IMG/VR virus record: IMGVR_UViG_3300046501_000246
Length of the DNA: 64,000 bases
From: a virus
Direction: 5' to 3' (one strand)
This document shows, piece by piece, positions 9,673 to 19,200 of this stretch (position 1 is the first letter of the stretch; each line of letters opens with the position of its first letter). Position numbers and translations under genes: made by a program. The notes below the pieces were generated by a model. The model was not told the origin of the DNA. It ran no database searches and saw only the letters and a program-made list of their open reading frames with translations.

Positions 9673-10006
9673 GCATAACCACAAAGAATTGCGCGCCAAG
9701 TGGACCGCTGCGCTGCGATCCGGCGAATATGAGCAGGGCAAGAAAGACCTATGCACCCCTGACGGGGCATATTGCTGCCTCGGTGTGGCTGGTAAAGTCA
9801 TTGGACTGAGTGACTATGAGTTACGAGATATCCGCAATATGTCTGTTAACCCTTACGCGCTTGTGGCTAAAACTTTTGGCCTTCGTGACGTGTTAGGGGA
9901 GTACAGCACGAATGCTTTGTTCCGTCACAACGACGTGGAAGGCTTGACCTTTGCCCAAATCGCGGATATAATCGACGCCGAACCAGAAGGTTTGTTTGTT
10001 GATTAA
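9665..10006 (+). CDS. hypothetical protein, CCLG-motif family
   Basis: KWTAALRSGEYEQG..DL...DGAYCCLGV; TFAQIADII. Confidence 0.7.
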   Translation: MTEHNHKELRAKWTAALRSGEYEQGKKDLCTPDGAYCCLGVAGKVIGLSDYELRDIRNMSVNPYALVAKTFGLRDVLGEYSTNALFRHNDVEGLTFAQIADIIDAEPEGLFVD

Positions 10007-10019
10007 AGGAGAACCAGAC

Positions 10020-11464
10020 ATGATTATCACAGCCCTCGTGCTAAGCGCTAACATCCTCTTCATCCAGAACGGGGAAATTAAGGTTGGTAAAGTGGTCAAG
10101 AAGTCTGGCTCTATTACTTACGTGCAAGATTGTGAAAACGAATCTCAGATTTACCGCATCCCTGTTCCTCGCGGGCAGGTCGTAGGTGCATATCGCGGCA
10201 CTTGTGCCGACTTCAGATCATTGAAAAGGGAACTTAGGTGACGGTGGATTTTTGGAGCCTTTTTGGCTGGTGGTTTTTTGTAGGAATTTGTGAATATTTA
10301 GGCCTTACATTGTATGCCTTTGTTATGTTCGCCGTCTCTGAACGTTATTTTGGACTAGGCGGCGCAATTCTTGTCGGTTACACGGTTTGGTGTTCAATTT
10401 TTATTCTGCCAATTGCTTGGCTATGTTACGGATTTTATTTAATTGGTACACAATTTTAGATTAAGGCTTCGGCTACTGGTTCGCCGTTGGGCCTATCCAT
10501 ATTACGACTGTGAAAATTGCATCGGCATGATAGAACATGGATGTTACTGTTCGTATTACGACGCTTATAGTCCCGGCTCAGGTGATATTCCTTGGTGGGC
10601 CAAAATTTTAAGAAAGATTTAGTTTATGAAAATTGTTTTAGTAAGTGGCGATGATTGGGAAGGTCTGTATATAAACGACTGTCTTATCACCGAAGGTCAT
10701 AAAGTCACTGTGAGAGAAGTTGTTCAGGCTATTTCTGAACGCTTGATTCGTCTAGACATTACGTATGAATGGAAAGAAGCTGACTATGAATGGCTTCATG
10801 TCCGAGGCGACTTACCCCAAGAACTTAAGAAGGTTAAATTTTTAAATGACAACGTATAAAGAATATCTAGAACTTGCGGACAAGTTTTTCGCCGCGAAAC
10901 GCGAACTTAAAGGTAGCCTCATCGAAGAAGGCATTACCGGTGTCCTGACCAATGTTCATTTCAAGACTCCCGGCCTTCCCATGAATGGCGCTCGTTATCC
11001 GAATCTTGGTGGCACGATTGAGATTGACACGAAGGGTCGATTTCTCGGCGGCGAGGTCATTTCTACAAGCAAAGTAGAAAAGATTTATGTCGAGAATGGC
11101 AGAACTTTTGCCAAGACCCATTATTCACTTTATGAATTAATTGATTTTGATCCCGAAACTATTCCAGAGGACTTCCGTTATGCCTTCCAAGACCTTTGAT
11201 AAGGAACAGCTTAAGCTGGTGATTTGGGAAGATTCTGAATTACTTGAACTGATTAAAGACGATATCACTGACACTGGCCGCTGGTCCGTACATCATGAAA
11301 TGGTTTTCAAAGACGTTGAGACTGGAAAATTTTACTTGACAAATTATTCTATTGGTGCTACAGAACAACAGGATGAGCGCCCATTTGAATATGGTCCAGA
11401 TGAAATTGAATGCGACGAAGTTGCTCAGGTGGAACGCACTATTTTAGTTTACGAAAAAATTTAG
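10020..11464 (+). CDS. run of hypothetical proteins (10020-10241, 10238-10459, 10443-10622, 10626-10859, 10846-11199, 11180-11464)
   Basis: ORF track plus manual translation of 10443-10622; tight overlaps. Confidence 0.55.
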
Positions 11465-11475
11465 AAGGAGCTTAA

Positions 11476-11807
11476 ATGTCTAAAGTTAATGAAACGCGCA
11501 CCGAAAAGATGAAGAAGAAGAGCACGGAAGAGCTTAAGGCAATTATCCAGAGCGGAAGCCTTAGCTCAGCTGCGGCGGAATATGAAATGCAGCGCAGAAT
11601 GAAGGGTGGTGGGAAGTAAGAAGCTTCCCCACTTAAGTCACAACAACCACTGAAAAGGAACTAAATATGTTTATCCTCGATCTTATCCTCCTCGCCCTTG
11701 TTGGTTATGCCGTTTATACTGCGTATTCAACTTACACTGAACGCGGAAATTCTGTTTCCCCTCTCGATGAATACCTTGGAGCTTTCTGGAAGAAGCTCCT
11801 GCGTAAG
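11476..11807 (+). CDS. two sub-60 aa ORFs (about 11476-11619 MSKVNETRTE...; about 11667-11807 MFILDLILLALVG..., one TM)
   Basis: manual translation; AAGGAG and AAGGAA SDs. Confidence 0.55.
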
Positions 11808-11833
11808 TAATCTAGCCTTTGATTTTACTTATG

Positions 11834-11872
11834 AAAGTCCTGTCAAGCCATTGTCAGGACTTTTTATTTTTT
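11834..11872 (+). terminator. intrinsic terminator
   Basis: AAAGTCCTG/CAGGACTTT stem plus T tract. Confidence 0.7.
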
Positions 11873-11892
11873 AAAAATGGACCTAGAAAGTA

Positions 11893-11921
11893 TTGACTTT
11901 TTTGGTTTTTTGTGCCATATA
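11893..11921 (+). promoter_or_regulatory. sigma70-like promoter for primase-helicase
   Basis: TTGACT-N17-CATATA. Confidence 0.55.
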
Positions 11922-11947
11922 ACAAGCATGTGAAAAAAGGCATAATA

Positions 11948-14900
11948 ATGAAGATTACTGAAGACGAGCTTGAAAGGCTTGTTGCTGGTTTATTTGGTGA
12001 CGGTCTTACTCAGGGCAATATTGAATTTTTTAATGATAAAGACGACGTTCCGCTTCAAACTCGCGATTTAGACGAAGTCATTGATTTTGATCCCACTCAC
12101 ATCAGCTTAGAAACGACGGCCAATGAGCTTGTAGGCTTTGGCCTGCCCGCAGATGAAGTCCCTAGTCACTTCCCCGCACCTTCAGCTGAAGGCGGCGGTT
12201 TGAAGCTATGGTTTTACGAAAGCGCCATTGATGGTGATCTCATTCCCCAATATGGCGAGCCTGTCGTAGAGATTCCTCTTATTTCCTACACCTTCAACGA
12301 AGACAATTTCTACGAGACGTTTGATTTCGAGGAAGTAGTCAAGGATTCTAAGCTCCTATCCAAGGTTGATAAATCAACAAAAATCTCTATCGCATTGGCT
12401 CCCACTGCTGCGGCTAAGAAGGGCGGCTGGAAAAACGTTGAAGGCACCTTCGGCGGCGTTATTGAAATGCTTACTCTCCACCAAGAGGGTAAGAAGGATG
12501 GAACTTGCTTTCTTCAAGGCGAATTGGCCGGGAATGATCGTTCCGGTAACGCTCTGGTCAAAAACTATTTTATCGGCTTCGATCTGGATACAGGTGAAAC
12601 CGCCGAAGAAATTGACGCCCGTTTGGCTGAGACTGGCCTAGCTTATGTGCGATACACGACTCACTCGCATATGAAAGACGAATCTGAAGTGAAGCGTGAT
12701 GCTTTTTTCAGATGGAGCGGAAGAGATGCAACAAAGAACGTTGAAATCAATCTTCTCAGGAAGTACCTGATCTCTGAGAGAGGTTTCCTCCCTCGCGTTG
12801 TTGAAACTCTCGACATTATCGAAGATGCTAAGGTGTCACAAGAGGGCACACTGACGATTATTAGGCACAAGCAGATGCCTAAACATCGTATCATTTTCTT
12901 CCTTTCAGAGCCTTTTGTCTTCCAAGGCAAGGCCAATCAAAGAGAAGAACAGAAGGCGTGGAAAGAGCATTATCACGGCTTAGGCACTGAGTTAGGCTTT
13001 GTGTATGACCATTCATGCACCGATCCGGCACGTCTATTTTATATGCCGCGCCATGCCAAAGATAGCCCATATGAAACTAGATTCGTAGACGGCGAATATG
13101 TTGATCTACGCTCTTACGACCGCATCGAAATGAAGCGCGGCGACAAGTCTGATGCGAGTAACGCTTTCCAAGACGCAGGTAAGTCACTAGGCGCGAAGGG
13201 CGAAGGTCTTTACGTTGATGGCTACAACTTGAAGCGTTGGATCGCAACAAGAGACTGTGAGATTGTTGATCTCATTGAAGAGTATTATCCAGACGCTATT
13301 AGAACGCCGCGTACCAATGGTCCCGGCTTCCATATCGAATGCCCTTTCGAAGATGAGCATAGCAAGGCAGGCGGCGCAGGAACTTACGCTATTAACGCCT
13401 CAGACGGCGATACTGGCTTCATGATTCACTGCACCCATAACTCATGTGCGGGCCGAAACAAATTAGAATATGTGCAGGGCATGGTCGAGCTTGAATGGTT
13501 CACGGTTGATGACCTTCAGGACGAACGCTTTTGCCCTAGCCTTATCAGGGAAGAGCCTGAAGAAAAAAGTGACGAAAAGAAGCCGCTAACTCAAGCCGAA
13601 GTTAACATTCCAGCACTGATTGATTCAATATCGCAAGCCAGTCAAAAAGACGACGTAATTGATATTGTAAGGCAGATTGGCCGTTTAGACGATTTAGATG
13701 AGGACGATTTCGAGGTTTACCTTTCAAAAATAAGTAGAAAGACAAAAATACCTAAGAAAATTCTAAAGAAGCATCTCCCAACTAAATACGAAAAGACTGA
13801 GGAAGACAAGAATAAAAAGCTTGACGAATTGGACAAAAGGCTTCACAAATACAATGAACGATATGCCATGGTCGATACTGGTTCTAAAGTAGTTATCATG
13901 GATTCCCATAAAAAAGATATGACTTTTACCGGTCGAGATGACTGGAAAGCCCTTAAAGCGAATGAGAAAATTTTGATCCACGAAGGAAATGAACCACGAT
14001 TGGAGCACGTTTCAAAGCTTTGGCTCGAATGGGAACAGCGCCGTACCTATGAAGGTGTCACGTTCGATCCTCGTCCCAATCCTGATCCTTCAAAGTTTAA
14101 TCTTTTCAAGGGTTTTGAGACAATTGCCCGAAAAGGTAATTGGGACAAGCTCAAAAATCACATCTTCGAAGTGATTTGCCATAATAATGAAGAGCATTAT
14201 CTATGGGTATTGACGTGGCTCGCACACATCGTTCAACGTCCTTGGGAAAAGAAGGGCTCAGCCATTGTTGTGCGCGGCCTAAAGGGTGTCGGTAAGTCTC
14301 TTGTCTTCACTATCTTCCAAGACATTATGGGCAAGTACGGCATGAGTTCGGCCAACGCGTCTCACATTACGGGCCAATTCAACTGGCACTTTAGAGACAA
14401 GCTGTTCATGATCGCTGAAGAAGGTCTATTCGCCGGTAATGCCAGAGAAGACTCAATCCTTAAAGAACTGATTACAGGTTCGTCTCTTCTCATGGAGCCG
14501 AAGGGTATCGATGCGTTCCAGATGGAAAACTATCTTCGCATCGTCATTATCTCAAACGAAGAATGGGTCGTCAATGCTTCATCCGATGAGCGTCGATATT
14601 TTGTGACTGAAGCTTCAGACAAATATAAAGACGATATCGTTTACTTCAAAGGCATCATTGAACAAATGGAAAATGGTGGCAAGGAAGCGATGATGTATGA
14701 CCTTCTTCACTTTGAGCCACAGGGATCAGCTGGTTGGGACGTTCTGAGACAGCCTCCAAAGACTGATGCTTTGAGACAGCAAGTAACACAATCAATGCAT
14801 GTTTGGGAGAAGTTCTTTGTCACTCTCGTAGAAAATATGGGCATTGATGAAGTATCTTCACAAGATTTAGATAAGGTAGAGTTAGATTATGGCATAGATA

Positions 14901-15148
14901 ATTGGGTAGACCCTAAAATTCTTAGACAACATTATTATAATAGTTTGAAAACATCCCAATCCAGATATAAAGCCGATCCAAAAACATTCCAAAAGCTAGC
15001 CGATCAATACTTGCTCGCAAAAATGGTTAGAAGGAAGAGACAAAATAACGAAGTTTGGATGAAACTACCTCCTCTAGAGACTATTATGGACCACATTCAA
15101 AATAAATTAAAAATCAAACTTGACATGATTAACATTACGGAAGAATAA
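11948..15148 (+). CDS. DNA primase-helicase: AEP primase domain, zinc ribbon, SF3 (DUF5906/D5/NrS-1-like) helicase
   Basis: FIGFDLD, YTTHSH, KHRIIFFL, DPARLFYMP (AEP); CPFEDEH...HCTHNSC (Zn); GLKGVGKS Walker A, AEE, ISN, ERRYFV. Confidence 0.85.
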   Translation: MKITEDELERLVAGLFGDGLTQGNIEFFNDKDDVPLQTRDLDEVIDFDPTHISLETTANELVGFGLPADEVPSHFPAPSAEGGGLKLWFYESAIDGDLIPQYGEPVVEIPLISYTFNEDNFYETFDFEEVVKDSKLLSKVDKSTKISIALAPTAAAKKGGWKNVEGTFGGVIEMLTLHQEGKKDGTCFLQGELAGNDRSGNALVKNYFIGFDLDTGETAEEIDARLAETGLAYVRYTTHSHMKDESEVKRDAFFRWSGRDATKNVEINLLRKYLISERGFLPRVVETLDIIEDAKVSQEGTLTIIRHKQMPKHRIIFFLSEPFVFQGKANQREEQKAWKEHYHGLGTELGFVYDHSCTDPARLFYMPRHAKDSPYETRFVDGEYVDLRSYDRIEMKRGDKSDASNAFQDAGKSLGAKGEGLYVDGYNLKRWIATRDCEIVDLIEEYYPDAIRTPRTNGPGFHIECPFEDEHSKAGGAGTYAINASDGDTGFMIHCTHNSCAGRNKLEYVQGMVELEWFTVDDLQDERFCPSLIREEPEEKSDEKKPLTQAEVNIPALIDSISQASQKDDVIDIVRQIGRLDDLDEDDFEVYLSKISRKTKIPKKILKKHLPTKYEKTEEDKNKKLDELDKRLHKYNERYAMVDTGSKVVIMDSHKKDMTFTGRDDWKALKANEKILIHEGNEPRLEHVSKLWLEWEQRRTYEGVTFDPRPNPDPSKFNLFKGFETIARKGNWDKLKNHIFEVICHNNEEHYLWVLTWLAHIVQRPWEKKGSAIVVRGLKGVGKSLVFTIFQDIMGKYGMSSANASHITGQFNWHFRDKLFMIAEEGLFAGNAREDSILKELITGSSLLMEPKGIDAFQMENYLRIVIISNEEWVVNASSDERRYFVTEASDKYKDDIVYFKGIIEQMENGGKEAMMYDLLHFEPQGSAGWDVLRQPPKTDALRQQVTQSMHVWEKFFVTLVENMGIDEVSSQDLDKVELDYGIDNWVDPKILRQHYYNSLKTSQSRYKADPKTFQKLADQYLLAKMVRRKRQNNEVWMKLPPLETIMDHIQNKLKIKLDMINITEE

Positions 15149-15153
15149 CATAA

Positions 15154-15405
15154 ATGCGTAGGTCACTATTTCAGCAGTACATTATTGAAAATCTAGACGA
15201 CATGTCGGAAGCTCTTGAGGGCTATGAAATTGATGAATTTCATGTCTCAATTGATTATGATAAAGAAGAAGGCTATCGAGCATATTTTTGGCTCACAGCA
15301 GACGGCGAACCACTCGCGGAAACAGAAGGTTGGGGCAAAGATAAGAACCAGCTAATTCAAGATATTATTTCTGTTTTTGGCGAAGAAGTCGATATCGTAT
15401 TTTAA
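15154..15405 (+). CDS. small acidic hypothetical protein
   Basis: ORF track; 21 D/E in 83 aa by manual count. Confidence 0.65.
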   Translation: MRRSLFQQYIIENLDDMSEALEGYEIDEFHVSIDYDKEEGYRAYFWLTADGEPLAETEGWGKDKNQLIQDIISVFGEEVDIVF

Positions 15406-15427
15406 TTTTTGAGAAAGAAGATTCCAC

Positions 15428-15456
15428 TTGACAAAAGTGGAATCTTCTGTTATAAG
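15428..15456 (+). promoter_or_regulatory. strong sigma70-like promoter for nadM-nadV
   Basis: TTGACA-N17-TATAAG with TG extended -10. Confidence 0.7.
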
Positions 15457-15494
15457 TTGCACGTTAAATGAAATGGCAAGAGAAGGAGTTTCAA

Positions 15495-16559
15495 ATGCCG
15501 GGTATTAAATACGACTATGGCGTCTTCATTGGACGTTTTGCTCCCATCCACGACGGCCACGTCAAAGTAATGATGGAAGCGCTTGCGAAATGCGATTATC
15601 TTATCGTAGTTTGCGGTTCCGACAACTTGGCGCGGAACACAAGAACCCCCTTTACAGCTTTGGAACGTCAGGAAATGATTCGTATCGCTACGAATCACGA
15701 CGAACGGATTCTGCTCACAAGTGTTGGTGATTATCCGTATAACGATAATCTCTGGCTCGCGGAAGTTCAACATGCCGTAAATAGCGCGATTCGTAATCAT
15801 GAACCAGTAGCGAAATATACAAATCGCGGTTTCAAGGATTACACTCATTCCATCGCGCTCGCCGGTATGTCGAAAGACGAGACTAGCTTCTATTTGAAAC
15901 TATTTCCTCAGTACGAGTCAATAGCCGTTAGTCCAGCGGATTACGAAGGCGAAGTGCTTAGCGCTACAGCTGTTCGAGAATACCTTTTCGCTGGTAACAT
16001 CGCAACAGCGCCTCACCTTGATCCGAGAGTGAAAACCGCAATCGGTAATCATATTAAGGTTAAACCCGAGATTTGGGAAGGTCTGCGATCTGATTGGGAA
16101 TATGAGAAGGGATATGAAGCGGCATGGGGCCGTGGTCCACACACCACGGTAGACAGCGCAGTGATTCAAGCTGGTCACATTCTCCTTATTAAACGTGGAA
16201 ATGATTATGGCCGCGATCTGTGGGCCATGCCGGGAGGCTTCGTTAATCGCGAACGTCTGATTCATGCCGCTGTTCGTGAACTGCGTGAAGAGACAAGACT
16301 GAAAGTACCTGAAAAGGTTCTGTTTGGATCATTGCAAGCCTCTAAGGTTTATGACAACCCTTTCAGGAGCAACAGAAGTCACATCATCTCTCATTGCTTC
16401 AAGTTTGTTCTTGAAAATGTGAAGGCTGGATTGCCTGAAGTGAAAGGGTCCGACGACGCGAAACATGCTCAGTGGATTCCTATTTCAATGCTGCCCACTA
16501 TGCGTGGTCAGTTCTTTGAGGATCACGAACAAATTATTAATGATATTATCAACGCATAA
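15495..16559 (+). CDS. nadM: bifunctional NMN adenylyltransferase / ADP-ribose pyrophosphatase (NadM-Nudix, NatV-like)
   Basis: FIGRFAPIHDGH, RTPFTALERQEMI, LSATAVRE; Nudix box GGFVNRERLIHAAVRELREET; GSDDAKHAQW; AAGGAG SD. Confidence 0.9.
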   Translation: MPGIKYDYGVFIGRFAPIHDGHVKVMMEALAKCDYLIVVCGSDNLARNTRTPFTALERQEMIRIATNHDERILLTSVGDYPYNDNLWLAEVQHAVNSAIRNHEPVAKYTNRGFKDYTHSIALAGMSKDETSFYLKLFPQYESIAVSPADYEGEVLSATAVREYLFAGNIATAPHLDPRVKTAIGNHIKVKPEIWEGLRSDWEYEKGYEAAWGRGPHTTVDSAVIQAGHILLIKRGNDYGRDLWAMPGGFVNRERLIHAAVRELREETRLKVPEKVLFGSLQASKVYDNPFRSNRSHIISHCFKFVLENVKAGLPEVKGSDDAKHAQWIPISMLPTMRGQFFEDHEQIINDIINA

Positions 16560-16576
16560 GCGAAGGAGTTTCTAAT

Positions 16577-18001
16577 ATGCTACTTACACGTTCACTAATT
16601 ACCAGTACCGACAATTACAAATTTAGCCATCCGTTTGTGGTCCGAAAGGATATTACAGGCGCTACCTCTTATATCGAAGCGCGCAAGACGGCTTACACCG
16701 ACGAAATCGTCTTCTTCGGCCTTCAGGCTTGGATCAAGGAATATCTGACCAAGAGGTTGTCTTGGGTTGATATTGACAGAGCGGAACGCCATGCCAAGTC
16801 GGCAATGGTCCCGTTTCACCGCAAATTGTGGGAACGTGTCGTCAATGAATATGGCGGTTATGTTCCGGTAAAGATTGAAGCTTTGGCCGAAGGCACTGTC
16901 GTTAGTCCCGGCGTTGTCGTGGTCCAGGTCAGTTCCGATGCTATGCCTGAAATCGTAGCTGATATCGAGACTAGTTTGCTTCGTGCGATTTGGTATCCTA
17001 GCACGGTCGCAACACTGAGCCGCAAAATCAAGCAAACAATCGCCAGTGCTTATAAATACACGTCCGATCTTGACATTAAAGACCCTATGACACTGGCTTG
17101 CGCCCTCAATGACTTCGGCGCTCGTGGCACATCATCCGGTGAAACAGCAGCACTTGGCGGATTAGCGCATGCCATTAACTTCCTCGGTTCCGATACTGTC
17201 GAAGCAATTGGTGCGGCTGAAGATTATTATGAACATGATCTTGAGCGAGATGGTCCTGTTATCATTTCAGTGCCAGCTACCGAACATAGCGTAACGACTA
17301 TGAATGGCGAAGCAGGGGAATCTGCCTTCGTTGGACGTGTAATTGATACGTTTACCGAGATGGGATATCCAATTATCTCAATCGTTGGAGATAGTTACGA
17401 TCTTGACCGCTTCGTGTCTCAGTACATCGGCATGGATCATAAGGAAAAGATTGAGGCTCGTGACGGCTGGATCGTGGTCCGACCTGATAGTGGTGAACCG
17501 ACCGAAATCGTACCTCATGTTCTAGAACTTCTGGATGAAAAGTTTGGCAGCACGATCAACTCTAAGGGCTTTAAAGTATTAAATCCTAAAGTTCGTGTCA
17601 TCCAAGGCGACGGCGTAAATCTCAATTCTATTGAAGATATTCTTGAAGCTGTGGAAGATTTTGGCTTCTCAGCCGAGAATATTTGCTTCGGGATGGGCGG
17701 ACAGCTTTTGCAGGCTCCAATGCGCGATGATTTCTCTTGGGCCATGAAGACGAACGAAATTCGTATCGGAAATGAACGAATCGAGGTTCAAAAGAAGCCT
17801 AAGACCGACATGAGCAAGTCGAGCAAGGGTGGCCGTCAAGCCGTGGTTCACAACGGCACCAAGCTAGTGTCTGTCAAGTTCAGTGACTTGGCTAATGCTT
17901 CACATGGGACCGAGAATTACCTAAAGCCTATTTGGAACACAGGTAAATGGCTGAAGCTACCAATCACGTTCACAGAGGTCAGGGCTAACGCTTCGATCTA
18001 A
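16577..18001 (+). CDS. nadV: nicotinamide phosphoribosyltransferase
   Basis: STDNYKFSH, FFGLQ, ETSLLRAIWYPSTVAT, DFGARG, HAINFLGSDT, PATEHS, RPDSG, IQGDG, FGMGG. Confidence 0.92.
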   Translation: MLLTRSLITSTDNYKFSHPFVVRKDITGATSYIEARKTAYTDEIVFFGLQAWIKEYLTKRLSWVDIDRAERHAKSAMVPFHRKLWERVVNEYGGYVPVKIEALAEGTVVSPGVVVVQVSSDAMPEIVADIETSLLRAIWYPSTVATLSRKIKQTIASAYKYTSDLDIKDPMTLACALNDFGARGTSSGETAALGGLAHAINFLGSDTVEAIGAAEDYYEHDLERDGPVIISVPATEHSVTTMNGEAGESAFVGRVIDTFTEMGYPIISIVGDSYDLDRFVSQYIGMDHKEKIEARDGWIVVRPDSGEPTEIVPHVLELLDEKFGSTINSKGFKVLNPKVRVIQGDGVNLNSIEDILEAVEDFGFSAENICFGMGGQLLQAPMRDDFSWAMKTNEIRIGNERIEVQKKPKTDMSKSSKGGRQAVVHNGTKLVSVKFSDLANASHGTENYLKPIWNTGKWLKLPITFTEVRANASI

Positions 18002-18008
18002 AACATTT

Positions 18009-18030
18009 AGCCCGCTTCGGCGGGCTTTTT
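18009..18030 (+). terminator. intrinsic terminator after nadV
   Basis: AGCCCGC-TTCG-GCGGGCT followed by TTTT. Confidence 0.85.
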
Positions 18031-18048
18031 GCTGTCCTGAATGTAGTC

Positions 18049-18074
18049 AAAAAGAAAGCCCGCTGACGCGGGCC
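18049..18074 (-). terminator. intrinsic terminator of the minus-strand cluster
   Basis: GCCCGC-TGAC-GCGGGC preceded on + by AAAAAAGAAA. Confidence 0.8.
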
Positions 18075-18113
18075 TACACTAGTTTATTGAATTGTTATCG
18101 CACTACTTTTGTG

Positions 18114-18375
18114 CTACCAATCCCCATCCTCATCATCTCTCTTACCGGCATAAGCACTGAAATCATCGTCATCAGTATTGTTAAGCTCTTCCATAATCGC
18201 AGCATATTCGTCCAAAATGTCTGCTTCGCGCTTCGTAACTGGATTACCCATTGATTTCGTTCTCCTTGATCAGTTCTTTAAGTTCTTTTTGGTAGATTTC
18301 GTTGCCTGTCGTATCGTACTTGTGGCAAAGAAAATCTATAATACTTTCAAGTTGGTCTTTTTCTGCGTTAGCCAT
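18114..18375 (-). CDS. two small minus-strand ORFs (18114-18251, 45 aa, acidic; 18244-18375, 43 aa)
   Basis: manual translation; AGGAGA SD before ATG 18251; overlapping junctions. Confidence 0.6.
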
Positions 18376-18757
18376 AAACTTCTACTAAGTTCCTGATTGC
18401 TGTTTTGATGTAGGTGTCGATTTTTGGGGCACGTGTGGGAAGTTCAGAGAGGCCAGTGCCTAGGCCGTCGAGCGGGACGATGACTGTACCCTTATGGTCG
18501 AGATGGCTATAAACCATTTCCATGTCAGCAAGGTAATTCTCTTCAAACAGATCGAAGTCATCATCGCTGAAAAAGCTGTTATCATATTGAGATGGGAGTT
18601 TCTTTGTCGCGATGCCAACGGCATTTGGTTCGCCTCGCATTTCTTTGGCCTGTCCACCCATGCCTTGTCGCTTAAGGTTGTCTCCGAAGAGATATAGGAC
18701 GAAGGGGTTAGCTTGAAGATCGGCACGGTAAATGAATTTTTGGTAAATTACTGGCAT
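18368..18757 (-). CDS. conserved phage protein, possibly macrodomain-like
   Basis: LYLFGDNLKRQGMGGQAKEMRGEPNAVGIATKK and GLGTGLS glycine-rich loops. Confidence 0.55.
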   Translation of the reverse strand: MPVIYQKFIYRADLQANPFVLYLFGDNLKRQGMGGQAKEMRGEPNAVGIATKKLPSQYDNSFFSDDDFDLFEENYLADMEMVYSHLDHKGTVIVPLDGLGTGLSELPTRAPKIDTYIKTAIRNLVEVYG

Positions 18758-19157
18758 TCAATTACTTCCGCAATTTTGTCAGAATTAATTACAAAAACAC
18801 CAATCCCGTAAGCCTTGCTCAGTGGAATAATTGTGCTGTCAAATTCGTAGTTATGAGTGTCGAAATCTACGCCTGCCACAAGCTCTCTGGTTTCATCAGC
18901 AAACACGTCAGCCTCTCCTTCAATATCGAACGGCGAGGAGACATACGAAAACACCCCGTCCTTAGTAATCATTCTCAGCACTACGTAATATTTCATTCCG
19001 ACTTTTCCTCATTTTCAATACGTTTAAAACCGTGAACGGCACAATCTTTGTGATACCGTGCCACTATCTTACCGTCTGGTCTGATGAAGTCAATAGCTTC
19101 GGAGGCTTTAATGTTCCCTTGAACAGGATCACATGTGCAAATTTTTTCTTCAGTCAT
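18748..19157 (-). CDS. two minus-strand hypothetical proteins (18748-18996; 18993-19157)
   Basis: ORF track plus manual translation (MTEEKICTCDPVQG...); ATGA overlap. Confidence 0.6.
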
Positions 19158-19171
19158 TATGTTCTTTTATC

Positions 19172-19200
19172 TTGACAAAGTGATTATGCCATGATATCTA
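19172..19200 (+). promoter_or_regulatory. sigma70-like promoter toward rIIA
   Basis: TTGACA-N17-TATCTA with TG extension. Confidence 0.6.

Noticed and set aside
11609-11632. Hairpin GTGGGAAG...CTTCCCCAC at the end of a small ORF
   Set aside because: The stem is imperfect, has no U tract and overlaps coding sequence, so it is not supportable as a terminator.
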